This document shows positions 48,851-58,290 of a DNA stretch of 64,000 nucleotides, piece after piece. Positions within the stretch are counted from its first letter, which is position 1. Every line of letters begins with the position of its first letter. The notes beneath the pieces were generated by a model that saw only the letters and a program-made list of their open reading frames with translations, was not told where the DNA came from and did not search any database. Source of the DNA: an uncultured Arcobacter sp. (GTDB lineage Bacteria; Campylobacterota; Campylobacteria; Campylobacterales; Arcobacteraceae); the NCBI GenBank assembly GCA_965140705.1, contig OZ223300.1:1216001-1280000 (forward strand), given 5' to 3'. The position numbers and the translations under genes were made by a program.

Positions 48851-50227
48851 TTAGTTTTTCTTATTTTCAAATATTCGTTCAGTAAATTCTGCAAATTTAC
48901 CTCTTACTGCTTTTTCTAACTCAATTGCAAACATCTTAACTTCATCATGTTCAAAGTTTGTCTGTTTTAAAAGGGTAGTTAGACCATTGTTGTATTTATT
49001 TAAATACAAGTTATCAATTTGTCTATTTGATCCAATGACAATAGCCATACAGCTTTCATCAAGTCTTGAAAGTATAAGTTGGGTAGTTTTCTCACTTGAA
49101 TTTTGCCACTCATCCATAATAACAATTGCAGAGCTAAGTGTTCTTCCTCTAGCTTCCCCCGGCCATAGGGTTTCAATACAATATTTAGATGTTAGTTCAG
49201 AGATTTTGCTATCAATAGATTCTTTATTCTCTTTGTTTTCTGATTTTTTTAATTGCTTTTTAGCAATGAATTCTAAAGTATCAGTTAAAGCCATATTATA
49301 AATACGAAATTTTTCTTCATTACCTGATAAAAATCCAATATCAGCACCTTTATCAAGTGATTCAATAGAGTTTCGTACATATACTATTTTGTCATAAAGT
49401 CCTAAGTCAATAAGTCTCATTGCACTTGCAATTGACATCAATGTTTTACCACTTCCTGCTTTTGCATCAATTACAAGTAAATCATACATATTAGAAATAA
49501 TAGCTTTTGAAAATAGTTTTTGTTTGAGGTTTACAGGTTTTACTTGTAAGGCTTTAAAATCACTCTCACTTAATACATTTATTATTTTATTAATAATAAT
49601 TGCATACTCTTTATTTCCATCTTCACTACTAAATTCATAAGAGAAGTTTTCAAAAGTATATTTATCATCAAAAGAAGTAATAGGTTTCCCATCAAGTGAG
49701 TTAAATATAGATGAGTCAACTTCAAGTGTTTTTATAAATTCAAATTTAGGAACAACAGATTTATCATCATGTAGAGTCTCAGCTTTTATTCCTTTAAACT
49801 GAGCAAAAGTTCTTGCATAAATATCAATTGATAAAAATATTGTTTGAGCACCTTTATAGTACTGTTGTGCGATTGCTGCAACTTCAATGATTCTTTTGTC
49901 ATTACTTTCACTTAAATGAACTTGTTCTATTTCTGAATCATATTTATCTTTTGCAATAACATGTAGTTGAAGGTCATCACTAAAATATTTTACTACTTTG
50001 AATTTACTTCTATGATCTACTTCTTTGATTTTCATTTTAGCTAGAAGTCTAGCAAACTCTCTTGAGTAATAACCAAGTTCATTGGGTAACTTTTTTTTAT
50101 CCTCAAGCTCAAATAAAACAGTTTCTGGCACAACTATTACATTAGAGCCATTATCACCGACTTTATACAGGTTTTGTAGGTTCTGTAGAATAATGTTTGT
50201 ATCTACTACGTATATTTTTTCTTTCAT
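48851..50227 (-). CDS. PIN domain plus PhoH-like ATPase
   Basis: N-terminal VVDTNI PIN motif, AGSGKT Walker A, ARGRTL, IMDEWQN and GS.RQID motifs. Confidence 0.9.
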   Translation of the reverse strand: MKEKIYVVDTNIILQNLQNLYKVGDNGSNVIVVPETVLFELEDKKKLPNELGYYSREFARLLAKMKIKEVDHRSKFKVVKYFSDDLQLHVIAKDKYDSEIEQVHLSESNDKRIIEVAAIAQQYYKGAQTIFLSIDIYARTFAQFKGIKAETLHDDKSVVPKFEFIKTLEVDSSIFNSLDGKPITSFDDKYTFENFSYEFSSEDGNKEYAIIINKIINVLSESDFKALQVKPVNLKQKLFSKAIISNMYDLLVIDAKAGSGKTLMSIASAMRLIDLGLYDKIVYVRNSIESLDKGADIGFLSGNEEKFRIYNMALTDTLEFIAKKQLKKSENKENKESIDSKISELTSKYCIETLWPGEARGRTLSSAIVIMDEWQNSSEKTTQLILSRLDESCMAIVIGSNRQIDNLYLNKYNNGLTTLLKQTNFEHDEVKMFAIELEKAVRGKFAEFTERIFENKKN

Positions 50228-50389
50228 AAATTCATTATATCATTAATTTTTTAGAAATTAATTACAAACTGTATATAAAATAGCTAGTTACATTTTGATA
50301 ACATATTAAATTTTCTAGATAAAGATTAGGATAAAATAGATGTAGAATATAGATGCAATATAAATAGAGTTTTATCTCTACTTATATTA

Positions 50390-50872
50390 TTAGATTAATT
50401 TTTCTCTTGAAACTATTACCCCATCTAAATCGGCATATAAATAATCACCTTCATGGAAAGTAACTCCCCCAAAGCTTAATTGGTCACCTCTTGAAGAGTT
50501 TGTTTTTTCAAAATTTCTTAATGGACAAGTCCCTATGGCATATAAAGCAACATCTATATCTTTTGTATAAGCTATATCTCTTACATATCCATTGATAATA
50601 ATAGCTTGCCAATTGTTATTTTTAGCAAAATCCATTAATTTATCTCCAACTACTCCATAAAAATATCTTGCATTTTCAACTACTACAACTTTCCCTTTTC
50701 CATTTTCATCTCTTAACATTTCTAATAGTTCCCAATTACTTTTATCAAGTTTTATGGTTACTATTTGTCCAGCACATTTTTTTAATCCCCCATAATTTTT
50801 ATATTCATTGGATAATACTTGTATCTCTTTGTCTCTGTTGTCATCGCATAAATCTGCAGTTTCAAAATTCAT
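50390..50872 (-). CDS. rraA: RraA-family protein (putative HMG aldolase/oxaloacetate decarboxylase)
   Basis: TADLCD, D-X20-R-D (GD...GYVRD), GDYLYAD.DGV; ATG 50872 after GGGGA. Confidence 0.88.
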   Translation of the reverse strand: MNFETADLCDDNRDKEIQVLSNEYKNYGGLKKCAGQIVTIKLDKSNWELLEMLRDENGKGKVVVVENARYFYGVVGDKLMDFAKNNNWQAIIINGYVRDIAYTKDIDVALYAIGTCPLRNFEKTNSSRGDQLSFGGVTFHEGDYLYADLDGVIVSREKLI

Positions 50873-51069
50873 TTCTTCCCCTTTAATCTTATTTGAAGCA
50901 GAAGTATATGTTAATAAAGTGTACAAAAAATGTATAACTCAACTAAAATTAAGATTCTATTCATAATATTTTTATAATGTATCATAAGGTAACAAAAAAT
51001 TGGAAGATTTATTTATATTATATTGTAAAATTAATATTTACTTAATTTATTTTTAGAAATTAGGCATAA

Positions 51070-51100
51070 AAAAAGGTTAGTCTTTTTGACTAACCTTTTT
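51070..51100 (-). terminator. cspA intrinsic terminator
   Basis: AAAAAGGTTAGTC-N5-GACTAACCTTTTT with a U-tract on the minus strand. Confidence 0.85.
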
Positions 51101-51119
51101 ATTATAAATAACTTTATTA

Positions 51120-51338
51120 TTATAATGCAGTTACATTTTCAGCTTGTGGACCTTTTTGACCTTCAGCTACTTCGAAAGTTACTTTTTGACCTTCGTTTAA
51201 AGATACTCTACCGTATCCAGTACTGTTAATTTGTCTATAATGTACGAATACATCTTTACCACCGTTTTCTTGTTCGATAAATCCAAAACCTTTTTCACTG
51301 TTGAACCATTTTACTGTTCCGTTTACTAAATCTGCCAT
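51120..51338 (-). CDS. cspA: Cold-shock protein
   Basis: GTVKWFN, KGFGFI (RNP1), VFVH (RNP2) and KGPQAENV motifs. Confidence 0.96.
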   Translation of the reverse strand: MADLVNGTVKWFNSEKGFGFIEQENGGKDVFVHYRQINSTGYGRVSLNEGQKVTFEVAEGQKGPQAENVTAL

Positions 51339-51491
51339 GCAGTTTCCTTTGTTGTTTAAATATACTTTATTGCTAAAGTGGTAGAAAATATAAATTTGAG
51401 TGTTCTTTCATGGTAGATTATTTGTGTACTTGTAAATAGTTTTCAATAAAAAAAGCCAAAGATGAAACTCGAAACCATCTTCATAAAAAAC

Positions 51492-51520
51492 AGTATAGCT
51501 AAAATAAAAATTAAATGCAA
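51492..51520 (-). promoter_or_regulatory. Sigma70 promoter of cspA
   Basis: TTGCAT-N17-TATACT on the minus strand, implying a 5' UTR of about 145 nt. Confidence 0.65.
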
Positions 51521-51543
51521 GTATTATTAAAAAAAATTTAATA

Positions 51544-51726
51544 TTATGTTACATTTTCATTAATCAATACAGTCCAACCACTATATTTAGGGGATTCCTC
51601 TATCTCTTTTATCTGTGTATTTGTTAAGTTTGGGTAACTCATTTTCTTCCCATCCCATACAATACAAGGGAAAGTTTTCTCTTTTATGAAAATTGATTTA
51701 ATAATTTTAAATATTTTTTTTATCAT
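51544..51726 (-). CDS. Small hypothetical protein
   Basis: 60 aa, ATGA-coupled to the upstream methyltransferase. Confidence 0.55.
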   Translation of the reverse strand: MIKKIFKIIKSIFIKEKTFPCIVWDGKKMSYPNLTNTQIKEIEESPKYSGWTVLINENVT

Positions 51727-52394
51727 TTTACTCTTTTGTATACTGCAAAAAAATGAGGAACAGAAGGTATTTGATTATCATCATATGCTAAAAAACTAAT
51801 CTCCTCTAATCCATCATTTTGTACAAATTGATCTATCTCTTTTTTATCCAAAGGTAAGGGAATGTCATCTAAGTTTTTATTTTCTTCTCTACTTCTACAA
51901 GATACAAGAACATATCCACCAATAGTTAATAAGTTTGAAATGGCAACTCTTGCTTTATTTCTATAATTACCTGGTAAAACTTGTATTGTATTGCATTCAT
52001 ATACTATATCAAAGTTTCCAAGCCATGATTTATCATATTCAAATAAGTTTGCCACAAGATAGTTAACTTTTGTATTTGGATATCTTTTTTTGCAAAGTTC
52101 AATTGCAGTAGGGGATATATCAAATGCAGTAACTTCAAATCCAAAGTCACTTAAGGCTTCTGCATCATCACCAACACCACATCCTATAACTATAGCTTTT
52201 GGAGCTTGTTTATCGATTTTGTTATTATTTAACCAATTGATTAAATAAGGGCTTGCTTCCAAATCAGCCCAAAAAACTTTTTTATAATCTCCATTTGCAA
52301 TTTTATAAATTGTATCAAACCAATCAAGTGGTTTATCTTCTTCTTGGTATTGTTTAACCATTTTTTTGTATTCAACTGGGTCAAATGTTTGCAT
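51723..52394 (-). CDS. Class I SAM-dependent methyltransferase (TPMT-like)
   Basis: VIGCGVGDDA and VTAFDISPTAI motifs. Confidence 0.88.
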   Translation of the reverse strand: MQTFDPVEYKKMVKQYQEEDKPLDWFDTIYKIANGDYKKVFWADLEASPYLINWLNNNKIDKQAPKAIVIGCGVGDDAEALSDFGFEVTAFDISPTAIELCKKRYPNTKVNYLVANLFEYDKSWLGNFDIVYECNTIQVLPGNYRNKARVAISNLLTIGGYVLVSCRSREENKNLDDIPLPLDKKEIDQFVQNDGLEEISFLAYDDNQIPSVPHFFAVYKRVK

Positions 52395-52519
52395 TTTTTC
52401 TCCTGATTTGAAATATTGTATTTAAAATAAGGTTTTATTAGTATAATTTTGATTTTTAAAAATAAATATTTATGTTCTATTAATTTATAGATATTAAAAT
52501 ATATGTATTAGGAGTAAAA

Positions 52520-53161
52520 ATGCAAAATAAAAAAACAGTTTTGATAGTAATTGTCGCATTAATCGGATTATTCTTTGTAGGTGGTTATTTTTATAAACAA
52601 AATAAAGCTAAAGAGTTTTCAAAAGTAGCAAGTGAAAAAGCAGAAGTTTTCGAAAGGGATTATTCTTTAGTTATTGGACCAAAAGATGCAAAAGTTCAAT
52701 TAGTAGAATTTTTTGATCCAGCTTGTGGAACTTGTGCTTATTATTATCCTTTTGTTAAAGATTTATTAAAAAAACATAAAGGTGATATTAAATTAGTCCT
52801 AAGATATGCTCCTTTTCATGCAAATGCTAATTATGCAGTTAAAATGTTAGAAGGTGCTAGGGAACAAAATCTTTTTAAAAAGACTTTGGAATTGATGTTT
52901 GCCACACAAAATCAGTGGTTAGATGGGCATGGTGTAGATCCAAGAAAGTTGTGGATAGTTTTAGAAAAGTCAAATATACTTGATATGAAAAAATTATCTA
53001 AAAGTATGGATAATATCATGTATGATAAAATCATTGAACAAGATTTAGATGATGCAAGAGTTCTAAATATAAGAGGTACTCCTTCATTTTTTGTAAATGG
53101 AATACCTCTTCAAGACCTTAGTGGTGAGAACCTAGAAAAATTAATTGAATCACAACTATAA
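52520..53161 (+). CDS. DsbA/BdbD-like thiol-disulfide oxidoreductase
   Basis: N-terminal TM, EFFDPACGTC and GTPSFFVNG motifs. Confidence 0.88.
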   Translation: MQNKKTVLIVIVALIGLFFVGGYFYKQNKAKEFSKVASEKAEVFERDYSLVIGPKDAKVQLVEFFDPACGTCAYYYPFVKDLLKKHKGDIKLVLRYAPFHANANYAVKMLEGAREQNLFKKTLELMFATQNQWLDGHGVDPRKLWIVLEKSNILDMKKLSKSMDNIMYDKIIEQDLDDARVLNIRGTPSFFVNGIPLQDLSGENLEKLIESQL

Positions 53162-53184
53162 AAGATACTTTTTAGTATCTTTTA
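53159..53184. terminator. Bidirectional terminator
   Basis: TAAAAGATACT-tttt-AGTATCTTTTA between convergent genes. Confidence 0.7.
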
Positions 53185-53775
53185 TTGACAATTAGCATCT
53201 TTTATTTTTGCATCTTCACTTTTTAAATAATCACAATCTTTTTGTAATAAGTTTACTCTTTTAAATTCAGCATCAAATGCTAAAGTATCACTTAAATTAG
53301 AACTTAATAAATCTAAATCATTAAATTTAGCGTCCGCAATTCTTGAAGAAGAGAAGTCCACATTATCAATTGATGCTTCACCAAATCTAACACCCCAAAG
53401 ATTTGAACCTTTAAAAGAGACATCTTTTATCTCTGTTAGTTGCATGTTTCCACCTTTGAAGTTACTTCTGTCAAAAGTAGAGTTTTTTATAGTTGCATTT
53501 TCAAAATTGCATTGAAAAAAGTTTGAATCCATACCTTTTACATCTTCTAATTTTGTCCCCCAAAAAGAAGATTTTGCAAAGTTTGATTTAGATAAATCTG
53601 CCCCTGATAAATCAGATCCAGCAAAACTTGCTTTTTGTAAATTCATACCTGATAGGTTTGCATTAGTTAAATCACAATCTTCACATACAAGTGTCTTTTT
53701 TAGTTTTTCAAGTTGTACAGCATCATATGAAAAAAGAAAAGTGAAACTAAAAATCAAGAGTAATAGTTTTTTCAT
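53182..53775 (-). CDS. Secreted pentapeptide-repeat protein
   Basis: Signal peptide, CEDC, then A(N/D)LSG / SNF.. pentapeptide repeats. Confidence 0.85.
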   Translation of the reverse strand: MKKLLLLIFSFTFLFSYDAVQLEKLKKTLVCEDCDLTNANLSGMNLQKASFAGSDLSGADLSKSNFAKSSFWGTKLEDVKGMDSNFFQCNFENATIKNSTFDRSNFKGGNMQLTEIKDVSFKGSNLWGVRFGEASIDNVDFSSSRIADAKFNDLDLLSSNLSDTLAFDAEFKRVNLLQKDCDYLKSEDAKIKDANCQ

Positions 53776-54158
53776 TTTTTATTCTCCTTTAAAAGTGCCA
53801 TAAATTTGTCCTCTTTCATTCCACCCATAGCTTTTTTATATACATTTTCCCCATCTTTTGTAAAATAAAATCTTGGTATTCCCCAAAACTGCATCTGTTT
53901 TGGAATATTTTGATCATTGATGTCAAAATGGTATGTAATAAAATTTTTATTTACAAAATTTTTAACTTCATCTTTTACAAAAACATGTTTTTTCATATAA
54001 TTACATTCTGGACAAGTTGGCGAACTAACCATTACTAAAATAGGTTTATTCAACTCTTTTGCTTTCTTTACAGCAGTTGCATAATCTTTTTCCCAATTAA
54101 AACTTGCTGCATTTAGAGAAAGAAATGTAAATACTAGTATTGTCAATAACTTAATCAT
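53772..54158 (-). CDS. Periplasmic thioredoxin-fold protein
   Basis: Signal peptide, KPILV...CPEC and GIP motifs. Confidence 0.82.
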   Translation of the reverse strand: MIKLLTILVFTFLSLNAASFNWEKDYATAVKKAKELNKPILVMVSSPTCPECNYMKKHVFVKDEVKNFVNKNFITYHFDINDQNIPKQMQFWGIPRFYFTKDGENVYKKAMGGMKEDKFMALLKENKK

Positions 54159-54284
54159 ATAAACTCCTTTATTTGATATAGTATTATAACTATTTTTAAT
54201 AAAAAAGCAATCTTAAAAATCAGTTTTAATTATTAAGTCAAAATATAATAAAATGAAAACTATTAACTAAAAATTGGAGATATT

Positions 54285-54569
54285 ATGAATATTATAAAAA
54301 AAGTTACATTTATAGCAAAAGATGATTCTATTAAAGAGATGAAAGATTTATTAAAAACTATGGTTGAAGCTTCTAAAAATGAGAAAGGTTGTTTATCCTA
54401 CGAAATTTATCAATTAAAAGAAAATCCAGCAAAATTTGTAGTTGTTGAAGCTTGGGAAGATGAAGAAGCATTAAATGGACACAAAACAACAGAACATTAC
54501 AAATACTATAAAGCAAACTTTGAACCATACTGTAAAGAAAAATACAGTGATGATTTAGAAATAATTTAA
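54285..54569 (+). CDS. ABM-domain protein (YgiN/LsrG family)
   Basis: E.GCL.Y, F..VE.W and A...HKTT.HYK motifs; 94 aa. Confidence 0.82.
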   Translation: MNIIKKVTFIAKDDSIKEMKDLLKTMVEASKNEKGCLSYEIYQLKENPAKFVVVEAWEDEEALNGHKTTEHYKYYKANFEPYCKEKYSDDLEII

Positions 54570-54578
54570 GGTAAAATT

Positions 54579-55751
54579 TTGAAAAACTTATGGACAGATG
54601 AAGAGGCACAAAAGTATAAAAGTGATTTAGAACTAAGAGTTTTTACTTCAAACTTATTAGGTAGAAGTGATGAACTTGTTCTTCATGGAGGAGGTAATAC
54701 TTCTGTAAAATCAAAAGTAAACGGTGAAGATATTCTTTATGTAAAAGGAAGTGGTTGGGACTTAGTAAGTATTGAAAAAGAGGGTTTTGCACCTGTTAAA
54801 CTTGATATTTTAATTGAAATGGCTAAACTTGAGAGTTTGAGTGATAGCGATATGGTATCACAACAAAAAGCAGCGATGATTGATAAAAGTGCGCCAAATC
54901 CTTCAGTCGAAGCAATCTTACATGCAATTATTCCTTTTAAATTTGTAGATCATACACATGCAGATGCAGTTGTAACTATATCTAATAATACAAATGGAAT
55001 AGAAAATATTAAAAAAGTTTTTCCAAACTTTTTAATCATCCCTTATGTAATGCCTGGTTTCATATTAGCACGTACTATTTATGATATGACTAAAGACTAT
55101 GATTGGGAAAATAGCGATGGAATTATTTTACATAATCATGGAATTTTTACTTTTGATGATGACGCAAAAAAATCCTATGATAAAATGATATCTGCTGTTA
55201 CTTTAGCAGAGAACTTTTTGGAAGATAACGCAAAACTTGAAATACCAACTTTAGAAGCTAAGGAAGTAGATTTAACTGAACTTATAACTACTCTTTCTAA
55301 AGAAAAAGGTTATGATATAGCTTTGAAGGTAAATCAAGACAAAGAGGCTTTATATTATGCTTCTCAAACAAATCTAAAAGAAAATGTTACAAAAGGAGTT
55401 TTAACTCCTGAGCACATTATTAGAACAAAAAAAGTGCCTTTAGTTTTAGAAGACAATGATATAAAAAGTGCAATAGAAGAGTATAAAAAAGAGTATAAAG
55501 TATATTTTGAAAGGTATGCAAAAGATGAGATTTGTTTAAATCCTGCACCAAATTATGCAGTAATAAAAGATTTTGGAGTTGTATCTTTTGGAAAAAATGA
55601 GAAAGAAGCAAGTATTATAAATGATATTGTAACTCATACTATTAAAGCTGTTTTAAGAGCTCAAAAATTAGGTGGCTTTGTAAGTATAAGTGAAAAAGAT
55701 AGTTTCGAAATGGAATATTGGGAACTAGAGCAAGCTAAGTTGAAAAAATAA
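54579..55751 (+). CDS. Class II aldolase (RhaEW/YuxG N-terminal type) without the SDR domain
   Basis: HGGGNTSVK, PSVEAILH, DHTHAD and NHG motifs; ends at EYWELEQAKL. Confidence 0.85.
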   Translation: MKNLWTDEEAQKYKSDLELRVFTSNLLGRSDELVLHGGGNTSVKSKVNGEDILYVKGSGWDLVSIEKEGFAPVKLDILIEMAKLESLSDSDMVSQQKAAMIDKSAPNPSVEAILHAIIPFKFVDHTHADAVVTISNNTNGIENIKKVFPNFLIIPYVMPGFILARTIYDMTKDYDWENSDGIILHNHGIFTFDDDAKKSYDKMISAVTLAENFLEDNAKLEIPTLEAKEVDLTELITTLSKEKGYDIALKVNQDKEALYYASQTNLKENVTKGVLTPEHIIRTKKVPLVLEDNDIKSAIEEYKKEYKVYFERYAKDEICLNPAPNYAVIKDFGVVSFGKNEKEASIINDIVTHTIKAVLRAQKLGGFVSISEKDSFEMEYWELEQAKLKK

Positions 55752-55773
55752 GAAGTTTAATACTTCTTATTTT
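55745..55773. terminator. Bidirectional terminator
   Basis: AAAATAAGAAGT-N5-ACTTCTTATTTT between convergent genes. Confidence 0.7.
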
Positions 55774-56578
55774 AATAGTCTGTAAAAATAGATTTTACTC
55801 CCCATTTAAAGAGTTTTTCGATATCTTCTTTTTTATTTACGGTATAAACATTTACATAAAATCCTTCATCATTTAACTTTTTAACTAAAGCTTCATCTGT
55901 GATTTCAAAATCACAATTATAGTTTCTTACATTTAAACTTTTTAGATAATTTATCAAATCTTTTGGATGTTTATTCTCTTGTAATGCTGCTGTTTCGATT
56001 GAGGAATTTATATCATGTATTTGTTTTAAATAAACATGATTAAAAGAAGATATTATCACTTTGTCTTGCATCTTAGTTTCATCAACTATTCTTAATACTT
56101 CTTTTGCAGCTATTCCATGAAAATTTGTCTTCTTTAAATCTTTTATTTCAATATTTGCAAAGATATTATTTTGTTTTAAAAATAATAAGACCTCTTTTAG
56201 TGTTGGTATTTTTTCTATTTTCTCTTTTTTTAAATCTTCAATTGAGAGTATATTCTCTTTTATAGTATTAAAGGGGTCTTTTTTTATAAACCATGAAGAA
56301 AAATCAAGCTTTAGGAGTTGTTCATAGGTATAATCTACAACTTTGTAGGGGGTTTTGAACTCTTTTAACTCTTTTACATTACTTGTTCTTTTTAATGTAT
56401 CATCATGAATAATAATCGCAATTCCATCTTTTGTGAAAGAAACGTCAAATTCTACTATTTTATATTTACCAATAACTTGTTTAAATGCTGCCATTGTATT
56501 CTCAGCTCTCAAGGACCTTAGACCTCTGTGAGCTATGAGGAGTTGTTCATCTTTTTCAAAATTATCCCAAAAGTTCAT
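55772..56578 (-). CDS. Glycerophosphodiester phosphodiesterase (cytoplasmic, UgpQ-like)
   Basis: IAHRG, AENT, EFDV, IIHD, NIEIK, SSF, YTVN and IFTD motifs; no signal peptide. Confidence 0.92.
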   Translation of the reverse strand: MNFWDNFEKDEQLLIAHRGLRSLRAENTMAAFKQVIGKYKIVEFDVSFTKDGIAIIIHDDTLKRTSNVKELKEFKTPYKVVDYTYEQLLKLDFSSWFIKKDPFNTIKENILSIEDLKKEKIEKIPTLKEVLLFLKQNNIFANIEIKDLKKTNFHGIAAKEVLRIVDETKMQDKVIISSFNHVYLKQIHDINSSIETAALQENKHPKDLINYLKSLNVRNYNCDFEITDEALVKKLNDEGFYVNVYTVNKKEDIEKLFKWGVKSIFTDY

Positions 56579-57436
56579 CTATTTTGCCTCTTTTTTTGTA
56601 AGTAGTAAGTTTAAAACTGCCAAAATTGATGTTGTAACTATTAGTAAAAATGAAATTGCATTTATAATTGGAGTACTTCCATCTCTTACTTGTAAATATA
56701 AATTTATTGGTAAAGTGGTATCCGAACCAACTAAAAATAAAGTAGTATTGAAGTTTTCAAAGCTCATTAAAAAGGCAACAGCACCAGCTCCTATAAGAGC
56801 TGGTTTTAAAAATGGCAAAATAATATACCTGATAGTTTCAAGTTTTGTAGCTCCTAAGTTTAAAGCAGCATCTGATAAGGAATCATCAAACTTTTTAAGT
56901 CTTGCGGAAACCACTAATAAAACAAAAGTAGAGATAAAGGAAAATTGTCCAACAATAACTAACCAAAAACTAGGTCTTAGAATACTAATATCCAAGCCAA
57001 AAGTATCTTCTATATATGTTCCTGCACTATTTGTTGCTAGAAGTAATGAAATACCAAGTATTACTCCTGGAATTACTAAGGGAAGAAGTGCTAGAAAATA
57101 AAAAGCTTGTTTAAATTTAAACTCTTCTCTTTCAAATAAAAATGCTCCCATTGTTCCCATAATCAAAGAAAAAACAGATACAAAAAAAGCAGTTTGAATA
57201 CTTATGAAAATACTTTGTAAACTGTTTTCATCATGAAACAATCCAAGTCTATCTTTTGTATCTGATAAAAACCAATCAAGGGAAAATCCTTTCCACGGTA
57301 AAGTTGGAAAATCAGAATTATTAAATGCCAAAATACAAGTAATAACTAAAGGTGCAAATAAAAAAACATAAAATAGAGTTATATAAAGTAAAAAGGCAAA
57401 ATTATACTTTTTGCTTCTTGGCAATGATCTTATCAT
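56579..57436 (-). CDS. ABC permease, PotC-like
   Basis: GFSLDWF, DAALNLGA (EAA loop) and TTLP motifs. Confidence 0.88.
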   Translation of the reverse strand: MIRSLPRSKKYNFAFLLYITLFYVFLFAPLVITCILAFNNSDFPTLPWKGFSLDWFLSDTKDRLGLFHDENSLQSIFISIQTAFFVSVFSLIMGTMGAFLFEREEFKFKQAFYFLALLPLVIPGVILGISLLLATNSAGTYIEDTFGLDISILRPSFWLVIVGQFSFISTFVLLVVSARLKKFDDSLSDAALNLGATKLETIRYIILPFLKPALIGAGAVAFLMSFENFNTTLFLVGSDTTLPINLYLQVRDGSTPIINAISFLLIVTTSILAVLNLLLTKKEAK

Positions 57437-58290
57437 GATAGAGCCTTTGAAAGATTTTGTTTAGAAATTTTTAAAGCAATCCAAATAATAAGTGAAGACA
57501 AAATCAAAAGTAAGAATCCAAAAGCCGCACCTTGATTCCAATTGAAACTTGCAATAAATTGATTATAAATTTGCTCTGTAAACCAAAGTGAATTTTTCCC
57601 ACCCATTAAATTTGGAGTTAAATAATTACCAAGTGTTAACATAAATACAACTATAGACCCAGATACAATTCCAGGAGCTGCATAGGGAATAATTATTTTG
57701 AAAAAGATTACAAATTTTGAAGCCCCCAAATCTAAAGCTGCTTCAATATAACTATCATCCATACCCTCTAATGCAGAAATAAGTGGAACTATCATAAATA
57801 ACATTGAAGTATAAACAAGTCCCATTATCATGCTTACATCATTGTAAAGCATTTCAATTGGTTTATCTATTATTCCAAATTGCATTAAATAATAGTTTAT
57901 AACTCCACTTTCCCTAAGTAAAATCATCCAGCCATAAACACGCACAAGTTCACTCACCCAAAATGGCATTAAAAGAAGTATTGTCAAAAATCCTTTATAT
58001 TTAGGTGAAACAACTTTTGTGATATAAAAAGCAATGGGAAAGGTTACTATGAAGGTTAAAAATGTCACAAGAATAGAGTATGTAGCAGTTCTTACAAAAG
58101 TATACCAATATATATTTTCTTTAAAAAATGCATTATAATTATTAAAACTCCAAACCATATCACCAACATCATTTTCTACTTTTAATGACATAAGTAACAG
58201 ATCAATTTGTGGCAAAATTATAAGTAAAAAAAGCCACAAAAATACTGGAATAAAGAATATAAGAAATCCTAGTTTAATATGCTTTTTCAT
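57433..58290 (-). CDS. ABC permease, PotB-like
   Basis: PFWVSELVRVYGW..LL...GVIN and EAALDLGA motifs. Confidence 0.88.
   Translation of the reverse strand: MKKHIKLGFLIFFIPVFLWLFLLIILPQIDLLLMSLKVENDVGDMVWSFNNYNAFFKENIYWYTFVRTATYSILVTFLTFIVTFPIAFYITKVVSPKYKGFLTILLLMPFWVSELVRVYGWMILLRESGVINYYLMQFGIIDKPIEMLYNDVSMIMGLVYTSMLFMIVPLISALEGMDDSYIEAALDLGASKFVIFFKIIIPYAAPGIVSGSIVVFMLTLGNYLTPNLMGGKNSLWFTEQIYNQFIASFNWNQGAAFGFLLLILSSLIIWIALKISKQNLSKALS

Noticed and set aside
48697..48894. 65-aa minus-strand ORF from the track
   Set aside because: It is the antisense shadow of the better-supported + strand Cys-rich peptide (48713-48829) and overlaps the PhoH gene end.
46885..50227. HD hydrolase plus PIN-PhoH as an anti-phage or toxin-antitoxin system
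   Set aside because: They are interrupted by an opposite-strand gene, have separate promoters, and have no antitoxin, mobility or other defence genes nearby.
53182..53775. Pentapeptide-repeat protein as a Qnr-type quinolone resistance factor
   Set aside because: It has a signal peptide and a CxxC cap, so it is likely exported; Qnr proteins are cytoplasmic.
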